Below, piece after piece: positions 9,751 through 18,717 of a DNA stretch of 64,000 nt. Numbering within the stretch: the stretch's first letter is position 1; every line of letters starts with the position of its first letter. Location: the IMG/VR virus record IMGVR_UViG_3300028920_000022, positions 124,001 to 188,000 of that record; one strand, 5' to 3'. Both the position numbers and the translations under genes were made by a program. Below the pieces are notes generated by a model. It did not search any database. It was not told where the DNA came from and worked only from the letters and a program-made list of their open reading frames with translations.

Positions 9751-9886
9751 AACGTGTGGTATACACGTTATTCAATTTCAAGAAGGTTGGCGAATATCAG
9801 CCTATAATAACTCACATAAAAGCTTGGTATTTAAGTGTCCTGATACTATATCTTGCAACGACTTTATTATCCGACAAATAATATGA
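9710..9886 (+). CDS. zinc-finger microprotein with C-terminal tag
   Basis: CKTCG..PDTISCNDFIIRQII. Confidence 0.65.
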   Translation: MYMFTVGRCHAVCKTCGIHVIQFQEGWRISAYNNSHKSLVFKCPDTISCNDFIIRQII

Positions 9887-10104
9887 AAACAAATAATATG
9901 AAAATAGGAACGCACGAGTTCACGCTTACTGGTTCTAACTATACCAAATGTAATTTATGTGGTATGGTGATTTTAGGTTTAAGTCATGGTTGGGTAATCT
10001 CATGCAGAAATAAGATCAGGGGTGATAGAAAATCTAAACCTATAAGCGGCTTCAAACCAGACTACATCTCCTGTAACGATTTTATAATCAAACAAATAAT
10101 CTAA
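9883..10104 (+). CDS. zinc-finger microprotein with C-terminal tag
   Basis: IGTHEF..CNLCG..PDYISCNDFIIKQII; paralog of previous gene. Confidence 0.7.
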   Translation: MKTNNMKIGTHEFTLTGSNYTKCNLCGMVILGLSHGWVISCRNKIRGDRKSKPISGFKPDYISCNDFIIKQII

Positions 10105-10105
10105 C

Positions 10106-10567
10106 ATGGAAATCGAACGCAAATTTCGTCTTACAAAACTTCCAGATATAAATCTAGGTGAGGGTGTATATATTTGTCAAGGCTATGTTTTTAATAATAA
10201 TGGCGAAATGAGAATTAGAAAATCGAACGACGTTTGTTCTCTATGTGTCAAAAACGATGGTGATCTTTGTAGAAATGAATGGGAAACCAGTATTCCGTTG
10301 TGGGTTTACGGACTAATTAGTAAACATATATCCAATTATTTAATTCAGAAAACGAGATATATTGTAGATGTTGGCGGAACAAAATTAGAAATTGATCAAT
10401 ACCATTCTCTTCTTAGTGGTCTTATTATATTAGAATGCGAATTTTCTTCTATGGAAGAAGCAGAACAGTTTGAACTTCCACATTGGGCGGAAGACGCAAT
10501 AGAAGTTACTACGAATAGCAGTTTTAAAAACAAAAACCTTTCTAAAATTGAAGTAATTCCTATCTGA
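10106..10567 (+). CDS. CYTH-domain (triphosphate tunnel) protein
   Basis: EIERKF, QGY, RIR, KTRY, EIDQY, ECEF, EVT..FKN. Confidence 0.9.
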   Translation: MEIERKFRLTKLPDINLGEGVYICQGYVFNNNGEMRIRKSNDVCSLCVKNDGDLCRNEWETSIPLWVYGLISKHISNYLIQKTRYIVDVGGTKLEIDQYHSLLSGLIILECEFSSMEEAEQFELPHWAEDAIEVTTNSSFKNKNLSKIEVIPI

Positions 10568-10623
10568 TATGTCGATGCACATCTAAAACGTGTTCTTTTT
10601 TGGATAGAACACGGGTGATAATT

Positions 10624-10851
10624 ATGATGGCATTGACCATATTTTTCAAAAATGGAAAGCAAATGAACGGTCTTCTTTGGTCATGGCGTCCAAAAGAGGG
10701 CTGGTTTCAAGCACTAAATGAAAAAACTGGAAACGTCAAGCGCTACCAGTTAAAAGATATCAAAGGCGGTCAACTTTGGCAAACCAGAGACCGTCGAGAT
10801 AATTATGAATCTTTGGTGGATAAGGCTATGGCAGAGGGCTGGGAACCGTAA
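10624..10851 (+). CDS. hypothetical protein
   Basis: ORF; start approximate. Confidence 0.55.
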   Translation: MMALTIFFKNGKQMNGLLWSWRPKEGWFQALNEKTGNVKRYQLKDIKGGQLWQTRDRRDNYESLVDKAMAEGWEP

Positions 10852-10852
10852 T

Positions 10853-11257
10853 TCACCAGTTTGATTTCTGCATTTGGGCTTCATCCCACTGAGTCAATTC
10901 ATTTTTCTCAGTCAAAATCCAATGTAATTCAGGGCGAATTGGTGCAGGTAATGGTTTACCATTTCGTTCGCTAATAATTATTCCTTCTACATTTCCATCG
11001 GTACGAATCTTAACCCTGTCACCGATACAATATTTTTCTTTTGGTTTAAAATCTTTTGCCAAAATGGAACCAGCAACTGCCGCTACTACCGCAGCCTCTT
11101 TGCTAATTTCAAATTTCATTAGTTTTTCCGCAATAGTTTCTACGTTATCACCCTGGATATATAAAACAGATGCTTCACGGATAGCACGCATTGCGTCCAT
11201 GTGATTTTTGATTGGTCCGCTATTAAGTGGACCATTTTTTATTTGTACGGTACCCAT
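10853..11257 (-). CDS. hypothetical protein (SH3/KOW-like C-terminus)
   Basis: 134-aa minus-strand ORF filling gap; YCIGDRVKI motif; AGGA SD. Confidence 0.6.
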   Translation of the reverse strand: MGTVQIKNGPLNSGPIKNHMDAMRAIREASVLYIQGDNVETIAEKLMKFEISKEAAVVAAVAGSILAKDFKPKEKYCIGDRVKIRTDGNVEGIIISERNGKPLPAPIRPELHWILTEKNELTQWDEAQMQKSNW

Positions 11258-11332
11258 TGGAAATCCTGTTATGTTTGATTCCAGCTTATACCACGAAACG
11301 GTTTCTTAACAAAATGATATATTATTAAGAGA

Positions 11333-11623
11333 ATGCGAAACAAAAAACCGGAAACCTGGAAAGATATTGTCAAAAAATTGCACACCAATGCGCCTGTTGC
11401 AAAAGGACACAACTGGACTATAACTGGTGGCGGGGGAGGATCGGAAGCTCGCTCATGGAGCCCGTTGTTTGACAAGGAAGCCACGCCAAAACATATTAAA
11501 TACAAATGTTTAAAGTGTGGAGCGACTGCAACCAAAGAGGTGGGCGGAGAGTTTCTGCTGGACAAGCCCGAATATCAAGATTTGACTTGCACTGAGGTTG
11601 CTATACATGATATCATCACCTGA
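11333..11623 (+). CDS. zinc-finger microprotein with C-terminal tag
   Basis: HNW..CLKCG..LTCTEVAIHDIIT. Confidence 0.75.
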   Translation: MRNKKPETWKDIVKKLHTNAPVAKGHNWTITGGGGGSEARSWSPLFDKEATPKHIKYKCLKCGATATKEVGGEFLLDKPEYQDLTCTEVAIHDIIT

Positions 11624-11923
11624 ATGAGTAAGAATATACGTTTTATTGTTGAGGATGTTGGACCAGCTCCAAAAGAAAAAGTATACGTAACCTTTACACG
11701 ATCCAAAAATGGCAGTAGAATAGTTACGGTTAATTGTCCGGCAGATGGAATACAACTTTCTGAAGCAAGAAAAATTGCAGAAGTTTCCGCAGAAAAATTA
11801 GCAAGAACACTTTGTTCTAGTTTGTGGTGGCGAGTTGATACCTTAGATCATGGAAAACGTCTAGCCGCCGCTCTAGAACACGTCATCAAACAGTTGAGAA
11901 ACTATAATGATCGTTCCTCCTGA
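11624..11923 (+). CDS. hypothetical protein
   Basis: Abuts previous stop. Confidence 0.6.
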   Translation: MSKNIRFIVEDVGPAPKEKVYVTFTRSKNGSRIVTVNCPADGIQLSEARKIAEVSAEKLARTLCSSLWWRVDTLDHGKRLAAALEHVIKQLRNYNDRSS

Positions 11924-12230
11924 TGAAGTAATTCTAATGCATCGACAGCTAATGGAATTGCAAGATCAAATCTTTAAGCTTAAATCGGAAATGCAAAACA
12001 AATGCGATCATGATCTTGTGAGTGAATGTAAAGATAACCCTATAATACAGCGTATTTGTGAAATATGTGGATTGTACGAGTGGCAGCATAACCAAGCACA
12101 TTTCAAAAAATTAACCAGCAGTAGGGTTAAATTAGTTTCAGACAGCGCAATGGTACAGCTTCGAATCACACTTCCTCACCACAAATTTTTAACTTCAAAC
12201 GAGCTGCCAGTAAAAGAAATAATTGAGTAA
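11907..12230 (+). CDS. coiled-coil/zinc-finger protein with C-terminal tag
   Basis: CDH..CEICG..LTSNELPVKEIIE. Confidence 0.7.
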   Translation: MIVPPDEVILMHRQLMELQDQIFKLKSEMQNKCDHDLVSECKDNPIIQRICEICGLYEWQHNQAHFKKLTSSRVKLVSDSAMVQLRITLPHHKFLTSNELPVKEIIE

Positions 12231-12234
12231 CCTA

Positions 12235-12263
12235 TTGCGTTTAGCCTACAGGTTTGATAGACT
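12235..12263 (+). promoter_or_regulatory. sigma70-like promoter
   Basis: TTGCGT-17-TAGACT with TG extension. Confidence 0.5.
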
Positions 12264-12293
12264 GGGTTCAATCATTTGATTGCGAGGAAGAAT

Positions 12294-12719
12294 ATGGCAA
12301 ACAACGTTCGATTCGGATATTTTGAAGTGCAAACCAATCAAGGCAAGGGTTACATTTGTGTGGCGATGAGTCGTCCACAAAAAGGAAATGTAATTCACGA
12401 GGCGGCGTTTGCTTTTTGTTCACCAAGAGAAAAGCTATTTTCTAAGCCTTTGGCTAGAAAGATTGCTGAGTCCCGTCTGCGAAAGGGTAAGGGGATTGTG
12501 TTTGACCACTCCGGTGGTATCAAGGCAGCTTTTGTGAAGGCGCTAGGTAAGGCGTATCCGCTTCCTGGGTGGGTCAGAAAGAATCTGTCTAACTGGCATA
12601 TTCGTTTCGGTTTGCGGGGTGGGGACGAACGTCCTGAAATTGTTTGGAAGAATAATGAGGTTCTTTTAAGAACTGAGGGTTTGTTGGTAAGAGAATCACT
12701 GTCAACTACTTCCTCTTAA
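12294..12719 (+). CDS. hypothetical phage protein
   Basis: AFAFCSPREKLFSKPLARKIAESRL; SD GAGG upstream. Confidence 0.7.
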   Translation: MANNVRFGYFEVQTNQGKGYICVAMSRPQKGNVIHEAAFAFCSPREKLFSKPLARKIAESRLRKGKGIVFDHSGGIKAAFVKALGKAYPLPGWVRKNLSNWHIRFGLRGGDERPEIVWKNNEVLLRTEGLLVRESLSTTSS

Positions 12720-12750
12720 AAGCGGGAGCCTCAGAGGTCAGGGTAAAATA

Positions 12751-13110
12751 ATGGAAAATGAATCTGTTAACAAAGCTTTGGATGTCGCCAGCAATAGTGT
12801 GCAAGATCTTACTTCGGCTATTAAACAAATTGCACCTGATGCGTGGAATATTGCCGTGCAACAACAGATAAACGAATCTATTATTCAAACAGTAATTGGT
12901 GCTACAATTATATTGTTATCTATCATTGGTGGTAAATATTTCCGCAACTTACTAAAGAAAAATGATGCTAGATCTGATGATATTATAGGCGTCACAGCTT
13001 GCGTTTGTGTGGTGGCTGTTGTAGGTATTGTTATTATGGTTTTTGGCATTCTTGGTTTATTGAACCCAGAATACTATGCAATGCGAGATTTTATCAAAGT
13101 AATAAATTAA
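12751..13110 (+). CDS. membrane protein (2 TM)
   Basis: Two hydrophobic helices, NPEYYA. Confidence 0.75.
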   Translation: MENESVNKALDVASNSVQDLTSAIKQIAPDAWNIAVQQQINESIIQTVIGATIILLSIIGGKYFRNLLKKNDARSDDIIGVTACVCVVAVVGIVIMVFGILGLLNPEYYAMRDFIKVIN

Positions 13111-13116
13111 TGCCAA

Positions 13117-13422
13117 ATGCAACATACAGGCTTTAAAATACAGTCTAAAATTAAATATATGCAGATAGAAGATTTTGTGGAAAACCTTTTATCTGGTGAC
13201 TTGTTAGCAAAGTATAAATCTCATAATTGGAAAAAGAGGGGACGAAATCACGTTATGTGTAAGAGGTGTGGTAGCTATTTTCATTTTTATGATCCACACA
13301 ACAAAAAACAGGACATTACGTATCATTGTCGGTTCTACACATTTGTGGGCAACTGGCGCGAGTGTGGGTTTGATACCATCTTATCTTGTGTAGACATGCA
13401 AATAAAAGATATAATCGAATGA
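13117..13422 (+). CDS. zinc-finger microprotein with C-terminal tag
   Basis: HNW..CKRCG..LSCVDMQIKDIIE. Confidence 0.75.
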   Translation: MQHTGFKIQSKIKYMQIEDFVENLLSGDLLAKYKSHNWKKRGRNHVMCKRCGSYFHFYDPHNKKQDITYHCRFYTFVGNWRECGFDTILSCVDMQIKDIIE

Positions 13423-13853
13423 ATAGTTACAGATATTTTATTATTCACGATACGTGGGGAGATCTTCTTTTTCTGAAGACCCCAAAGCGCTTAGATAAAA
13501 CTATAGTAAAAAAACTGTTATTGGCTGATTACGATACGGTTTTGTTCGCAATTTCTAACAATACAGAAATTAATGTTGAGGCAACTAAAATTAAGGTTAC
13601 AATCCAAGACTATATTACACCAAGTTTCTTTTTAAATTGTAACAAAGAAGATTGGGAAGAAGACGATAATAAGTTTAATTTGTTGGATTCGAATAAGGTT
13701 TTATTATGTTCAGAAAAGTTTATGCGTCAAATGTTTTATTTGTGGAAACAAAGCGCAAACCCTTCAAGTATAGATAACAAAATTCTAAAATGGCTACGTC
13801 GCAACTACAAAGAAGCCATTAAGCTGGCGTGCATCAAGGACGTGGTAACTTGA
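13419..13853 (+). CDS. hypothetical protein with C-terminal tag
   Basis: Ends KLACIKDVVT; ATGA-coupled. Confidence 0.7.
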   Translation: MNSYRYFIIHDTWGDLLFLKTPKRLDKTIVKKLLLADYDTVLFAISNNTEINVEATKIKVTIQDYITPSFFLNCNKEDWEEDDNKFNLLDSNKVLLCSEKFMRQMFYLWKQSANPSSIDNKILKWLRRNYKEAIKLACIKDVVT

Positions 13854-13863
13854 GAAAAAGTTG

Positions 13864-13891
13864 TTGACATATCTCAGCCTCATGTTATACT
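13864..13891 (+). promoter_or_regulatory. sigma70-like promoter, probably leaderless
   Basis: TTGACA-16-TATACT with TG; ATG 7 nt after -10. Confidence 0.7.
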
Positions 13892-13898
13892 CTCATCT

Positions 13899-14210
13899 AT
13901 GTGGACACAAACCGTATCTTTGATTGACCTTCCAGAAGTTGCAGAACTTGTGGAAAGATATGGTGTTTTCGATGGTCCCATGCCCCGCTTTGTACTGGTT
14001 GGCACTCTGGAATTAAAACCCGGTAAACACCTCACAGGTGTTCTGTGCTTTGTGGATAACGAGTTCCATGCCCACCTCTTGGCAAAGAAAATGGCTAAAC
14101 ATGGCTCAGTACAGATTGAACATACCGAAGCTCACCCTGATGGAGTTACATATTCCGTTGGTGCTGTAGAAAGTTTTGATAGAATGTTTGGACGCATTCT
14201 TCAAAAATAG
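13899..14210 (+). CDS. hypothetical protein
   Basis: 103-aa ORF directly after promoter. Confidence 0.7.
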   Translation: MWTQTVSLIDLPEVAELVERYGVFDGPMPRFVLVGTLELKPGKHLTGVLCFVDNEFHAHLLAKKMAKHGSVQIEHTEAHPDGVTYSVGAVESFDRMFGRILQK

Positions 14211-14222
14211 GAGAAAGAAAAC

Positions 14223-14633
14223 ATGAGCAATAAGCTGAACGATAAACAAATAGCTGTCATTCGTGATTTGTACGAAAACAGTGAGGAGTTTCGTAATGTT
14301 GTGGCGCAACATGTCAACCGGCGCGTAGAAGAGGCACAGAAGCTGTCCAAGCTTTTTGGAGACGCTCCGGAGCCCATCAAGCAGCGTAAACCTCGCGGGA
14401 AAAATAAGAAGGGTCAATCTAATCATCCTTCCGCCATTCTGGAGGCTCTCGGTAGCAAGAGCATGACCCGTAAGGAAATTGCCACAGCTCTCGATAAGAA
14501 TGGGCATTCCATCGATGAGAAGACGCTCAACACCACCTTGTACAACATGAAGAAAAGTTTTGCACAGGGTAAGACCGGCTTGAAAGCCGAGGGTGAACGT
14601 GGTAGTATGAAGTATACTGCCTTCAAGAGCTAG
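14223..14633 (+). CDS. putative nucleoid-associated protein (basic linker + winged helix)
   Basis: AILEALGSKSMTRKEIATAL...TLYNM wHTH-like; strong SD AGGAG; GC3-rich codons. Confidence 0.6.
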   Translation: MSNKLNDKQIAVIRDLYENSEEFRNVVAQHVNRRVEEAQKLSKLFGDAPEPIKQRKPRGKNKKGQSNHPSAILEALGSKSMTRKEIATALDKNGHSIDEKTLNTTLYNMKKSFAQGKTGLKAEGERGSMKYTAFKS

Positions 14634-14634
14634 A

Positions 14635-14871
14635 ATGCCACGACACTTCGAGAATATATGGGTGGAAGCCGAGAAACTCTCCGACGGGGATCTCGGCGCC
14701 ACCATCTCGAAAATTAAACAAGAGTTAGATAATATAGACAGCCCAGAAGATGCCGAATCTTTTGGGCTTGTCTTGTTTTTGTTGGCTAATATTTCTAGAC
14801 AACTAAATATCAATGTAGCCGCTGCTTTGCAACAAGCTATAAATAATTACAAGGTGGACAATTTAGAATGA
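14635..14871 (+). CDS. MazG-like all-alpha NTP pyrophosphatase (divergent)
   Basis: ESFGLVLFLLANISRQLNINVAAALQQAINNY resembles EELGDvLF..vnlAr.lgiD.e.AL. Confidence 0.55.
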   Translation: MPRHFENIWVEAEKLSDGDLGATISKIKQELDNIDSPEDAESFGLVLFLLANISRQLNINVAAALQQAINNYKVDNLE

Positions 14872-15623
14872 GTTACAAAGAACGTTATCATTATTGCAAA
14901 GAGCACGGTATTTGCCCACAATGTTCTCAGAAACATGATAGTGGTACGGTTTTGTGCCAAAATTGTTATCAAAAACAATACGGATTACACAAAGAACGTT
15001 ATCATAGGAGAGCCGCCGCAGGGTTGTGCGTCGACTGTGGCAAAAAAGCCATTGATGGCACGCGACATTGCCAGGAACATAAAGAAAGAAGTAGCGCACG
15101 AATAAGAAAATATCGCACCCAAAAGAAAGAAAAGGGTATTTGTCAGTCATGTGCTGGTCCTGCTGTGAATGGTGGGATATTTTGCGAAAAACACCGAGTA
15201 AAAAATAATAAATGGCGCACTTCTCGTAATAGAATAAGAAAACAGCAGGGAACTTGCATCTATTGTGGTGGGCAAAACGACACTACTACTCAGGTTTGTA
15301 CCGTTTGTTATTATAAATATAAGACCCTGAAAAAAGAACCAAGAGTCCCAAATCGGTTGGTAAAGTTTTTTGGAACTACACAGTGTTCTATCGCAGAATT
15401 TGAAGAGAAATGTAGTTGGTTACGAAATATTATAAATAAAAGTTGTGTTGCTAATATTTTAGACGAAAGACATAAAGATATATTGCAAGCTAGATTTGTA
15501 GACGAAAAGTTTGCTACACTACAAGAAGTTGCAACCAAACATGGCGTGTCAAGAGAACGAATTCGACAGCAGGAAGAAAAAATAATATTACTACTTCAGA
15601 ATATTATTGACATCCGGAATTAA
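14868..15623 (+). CDS. repeated Cys/His zinc-finger protein fused to sigma70 region-4 HTH
   Basis: Four G.CxxC...CxxC/H repeats; LDERHKDILQARF...TLQEVATKHGVSRERIRQQEEK. Confidence 0.8.
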   Translation: MSYKERYHYCKEHGICPQCSQKHDSGTVLCQNCYQKQYGLHKERYHRRAAAGLCVDCGKKAIDGTRHCQEHKERSSARIRKYRTQKKEKGICQSCAGPAVNGGIFCEKHRVKNNKWRTSRNRIRKQQGTCIYCGGQNDTTTQVCTVCYYKYKTLKKEPRVPNRLVKFFGTTQCSIAEFEEKCSWLRNIINKSCVANILDERHKDILQARFVDEKFATLQEVATKHGVSRERIRQQEEKIILLLQNIIDIRN

Positions 15624-15643
15624 TCTGTGTTACATTATTCAAC

Positions 15644-16402
15644 ATGAAAATACTACATATCTTTGCTGGTCTTATTGGTTTACTGGCTGTCCCGACGGTG
15701 GCTGCCGTACTGAAACCTTTTGTCCCAACCAATGAGGAGTTAGGGGACAAGCTTTCAGATAAGGTGGTGGAAGTTGTTCGTTCGGACACTGCTAGAACAG
15801 CTAAAGTGAAGGGGCACATGTTTCCCTTTACTTCAGAACTGTTGAAAAACCCTATTGTTCTTAAAGATAATTGTAGCAATATCACTATCAAAGAGTGGTG
15901 GGGCACTGAAATTACACCACAGTCTGTAAATATTATTAACCAAACGTGCAATAAAGCTTATAGACACTTCTTTCCTTTTGTAAGAATGCGTGGTTATAAA
16001 CCAGATCCAAACGTTAAATTCGAAATAAACGTCTCAATGTTGCCATGGTCTCCGCTTACTAATGGTAGAGATTATCGTGCGCTTAATGATATGACTTGGA
16101 GATTTGAAGATCGTACCCGTTTTTGCGATGAGGATGGACGCATCTGTGAAGCTTGGGAAACACCGTTTCCATTGCTGGGATGTGCTTCTAGAATCGAAAA
16201 GTGGATTTTCATTATGAATGATGTTACTTTGAATGATCCGGAAATCCCGCCGTTTGCTAGTGTGTTTTCACATGAACTGTTTCATATGTACTCATTTTAC
16301 TATGAGGTGTTTGACCAGTATCCAGGTAATGAAAACCAAAAAATTGCCATGGATGAAAAAATGGCACGCCAATTTACCGCTAGTTTAGGTTATACTCGCT
16401 AA
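15644..16402 (+). CDS. secreted/membrane-anchored zincin-like protein
   Basis: Signal-peptide-like N-terminus; HELFH (HExxH) and downstream E. Confidence 0.6.
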   Translation: MKILHIFAGLIGLLAVPTVAAVLKPFVPTNEELGDKLSDKVVEVVRSDTARTAKVKGHMFPFTSELLKNPIVLKDNCSNITIKEWWGTEITPQSVNIINQTCNKAYRHFFPFVRMRGYKPDPNVKFEINVSMLPWSPLTNGRDYRALNDMTWRFEDRTRFCDEDGRICEAWETPFPLLGCASRIEKWIFIMNDVTLNDPEIPPFASVFSHELFHMYSFYYEVFDQYPGNENQKIAMDEKMARQFTASLGYTR

Positions 16403-16424
16403 TGGCATAATTAGCCATCCAAGT

Positions 16425-16814
16425 ATGGATTATGCTAAAATAGAATTATTAGCTAAGAAATACGCTAAACTAGCGTTGGGTGTAGAAGAACCGACAGCAG
16501 TAGAGCTTCCACATAGGCAGCACCCCCTAGAACGCCCCCCAGAACGTACTATGCTATCCGTTACCCCAGAAGACTCTCAGCGTATACGAGAACAGGAAAT
16601 GCCAGACTTCGAATATATTCCTGGCTATGATAATTTTTCAGACGCAATAGATCACTTAAGAACAGCTACCGGCTACATCGAAGCTATTAAACCAAGTTCT
16701 TATGTAACATATTCGGCACGAGCGCTTATCTCTGATGCCGCACTTCGTATATTAAATGGCATGAAAGAAGTATATAAAGCTACACCTTCAGATAGATTGA
16801 AGGCTAGCCCATAG
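16425..16814 (+). CDS. hypothetical protein with KLA/KxA leader
   Basis: IELLAKKYAKLA leader; GCAT-N7-CAT-N6-ATG upstream. Confidence 0.65.
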   Translation: MDYAKIELLAKKYAKLALGVEEPTAVELPHRQHPLERPPERTMLSVTPEDSQRIREQEMPDFEYIPGYDNFSDAIDHLRTATGYIEAIKPSSYVTYSARALISDAALRILNGMKEVYKATPSDRLKASP

Positions 16815-17283
16815 CTTGTTTCAATAAATAAACGGACGTTTCAGCTTCATTACATTGAGCCATGATTAAATCGTCCAACCCTAAAGTTATATCGTTGCTT
16901 TCTTTCAAAGCCTCGTAAGTTTCTTTCGCAACCGATAAAAAAGCTTCTTCGATTGCTAGAGAGTTGGTTAAATGATCTTCCGAAGAATATTTGCCCACTA
17001 ACTTCTTTAATGTAGCCATCTGGTCGTTTGGATTAATGGCATCGTTTCCAAAGACTCCAATGGTTTTTTCTACGGCGGCATCTAGTCTGTCCCCAGCAGC
17101 CTCATAAATTCTTTGAAACAAAAGGTGATTCCCATAAAATTGCGGAGATTTACACAACCAGTGGCTAAACTGATGAATCGCATACACAGCTTGAATATAA
17201 GCAATATAATTATTCATTAATTTGCCAGCGCTTTTTCTGCTAGCTTCTTTTTTGATTTCTGAATACTGGTCTAATGTCGTCAT
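16804..17283 (-). CDS. Dps/ferritin-like protein
   Basis: HQFSHWLCKSPQFYGNHLLFQRIYE...LDAAVEK matches Dps ferroxidase signature. Confidence 0.8.
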   Translation of the reverse strand: MTTLDQYSEIKKEASRKSAGKLMNNYIAYIQAVYAIHQFSHWLCKSPQFYGNHLLFQRIYEAAGDRLDAAVEKTIGVFGNDAINPNDQMATLKKLVGKYSSEDHLTNSLAIEEAFLSVAKETYEALKESNDITLGLDDLIMAQCNEAETSVYLLKQAMG

Positions 17284-17315
17284 GGAGTAATCCTCTACTC
17301 CATGCGAAATAATTA
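17281..17315 (-). promoter_or_regulatory. TAAT-N7-CAT motif plus perfect 9-bp hairpin covering SD/start of Dps-like gene
   Basis: Minus strand TAAT-tatttcg-CATGGAGTA-gaggat-TACTCCATG. Confidence 0.6.
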
Positions 17316-17319
17316 CTAC

Positions 17320-17493
17320 CTATCGATAGCCAAGATTCGTAGTATTTTGGTTGTTTGGTTGCTCAATTTGAAACTTTGAATTGGGAGATATTAAAATTGT
17401 TGGAGAGACATATTCTTCATCCAAATCGCTAAGCGGTATTAGAACACGGTCATCTTGCTTTTTGATATCCAATTTTTTCATACCTACCTCCAT
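17320..17493 (-). CDS. small hypothetical protein
   Basis: MEVGMKKLDIKK...; GGAGG SD before second Met. Confidence 0.5.
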   Translation of the reverse strand: MEVGMKKLDIKKQDDRVLIPLSDLDEEYVSPTILISPNSKFQIEQPNNQNTTNLGYR

Positions 17494-17565
17494 AACATTT
17501 ATGCCGCAAATTACCATCGCAGACGTGACTTTATTCCTGTAGCAACTGCTACTACACGACATTAC

Positions 17566-17594
17566 TTGACACTAGCCACCGGATCCTGTATACA
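17566..17594 (+). promoter_or_regulatory. sigma70-like promoter
   Basis: TTGACA-17-TATACA. Confidence 0.55.
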
Positions 17595-17605
17595 GGAAAA
17601 CAAAA

Positions 17606-18388
17606 ATGAGACCTAAACAAAAAGATCAAAGAAGAAAAACCTCAAGACAGTTTGTTAATGTGCCGGAGGGGGTTTCCATTGTTGTTATGGGAGACGTCCA
17701 CGAACATGAGGAACAGTTCTACGCCACTCTGAAAGAGGTTCGTCCTCGTGAAGATATGTGGCTTGTATCATTGGGAGATATTTACGATAAGGGTTTTGGA
17801 ATTAAATCCGCTGAACGTATTACTGATGAGTTAATTAAACTCCAAAATAAAAACGTTTGTTATGCGGTTCGTGGTAATCATGAACTTAAACTCATTCGTA
17901 AAGCAAGAAAAACCCCCAAACTTACTCCTCAATTAAAATGGTGGTCAAACCAACCACTTGTACTTACATTTAATTTCAAAACCAGAAATACGATAACCGT
18001 ATTACACGCGGGTGTAACTCCCAACATGACCGAAGGAGATTTGGGGCATGGTGTAGAAGTTGTTTATGTTCGAGATGTGGACGAAGATGGACAAATGATT
18101 CCTTTGGTGTGGAAAGATATTAATGGAGTTCAAACTCTAGTTAAATCTAAAGAGGGTGGAAACAATTGGCATGATGTTTACGATGGAAGGTTCGGTTATA
18201 TTGTGGCTGGACATGCTGCCCAACGAGATGGAGAAGCTAAATTCTTTAATTATTCATGTAATATTGATTCTGATATTTATCAAAGCGGTAAATTAACTTC
18301 CGTTGTTTTCAATGACGAGGGTAAGTTGGTTAAAAAAATTATTATGGAGGGGATTGCGCGCAAACCCGAATTAAATATTGCTTATTGA
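17606..18388 (+). CDS. calcineurin-like metallophosphoesterase
   Basis: GDVHEH, GDIYDKG, RGNHE, HAG, GH. Confidence 0.9.
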   Translation: MRPKQKDQRRKTSRQFVNVPEGVSIVVMGDVHEHEEQFYATLKEVRPREDMWLVSLGDIYDKGFGIKSAERITDELIKLQNKNVCYAVRGNHELKLIRKARKTPKLTPQLKWWSNQPLVLTFNFKTRNTITVLHAGVTPNMTEGDLGHGVEVVYVRDVDEDGQMIPLVWKDINGVQTLVKSKEGGNNWHDVYDGRFGYIVAGHAAQRDGEAKFFNYSCNIDSDIYQSGKLTSVVFNDEGKLVKKIIMEGIARKPELNIAY

Positions 18389-18711
18389 TGCTTTTTGTTA
18401 TTGAATATTCAGCGAAGAAACCGTATTTCTTTTTCAAACAGGTAACTAACCTACAAAAAACTGTAGGAAGAGCTGCATTAATTGCAAAAGATCCTACAGA
18501 CTGCGAAGCTCGAATTGTAAAATTATTGCAACAAGAAGACGAATCTTTTATTCAAAATACCGGGTTACAGATTGTACATGTGTCCAGCGGAAAAGAATAT
18601 GCTGCAGGTTTTGAACACTTTATGCTGAGTTTCTTATCTTCTTTTGATGAAATTATTAAAAAAATGCGAAAAACTTACAACGAAGAAGTAATCAAAGATA
18701 TAATTACCTGA
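18385..18711 (+). CDS. hypothetical protein with C-terminal tag
   Basis: Ends YNEEVIKDIIT. Confidence 0.7.
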   Translation: MMLFVIEYSAKKPYFFFKQVTNLQKTVGRAALIAKDPTDCEARIVKLLQQEDESFIQNTGLQIVHVSSGKEYAAGFEHFMLSFLSSFDEIIKKMRKTYNEEVIKDIIT

Positions 18712-18717
18712 GGAAAT

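Noticed and set aside
14106-14813. 235-aa minus-strand ORF (and 35357-35920, 35163-35507)
   Set aside because: Antisense shadows of codon-biased + strand genes that have SDs and promoters; no protein motifs.
15621-15646. TAAT-N8-CAT before 15644 and a similar sequence before 25949 as further copies of the second promoter
   Set aside because: Spacing deviates from the fixed pattern and AT-rich chance matches are likely; left out of the motif set.
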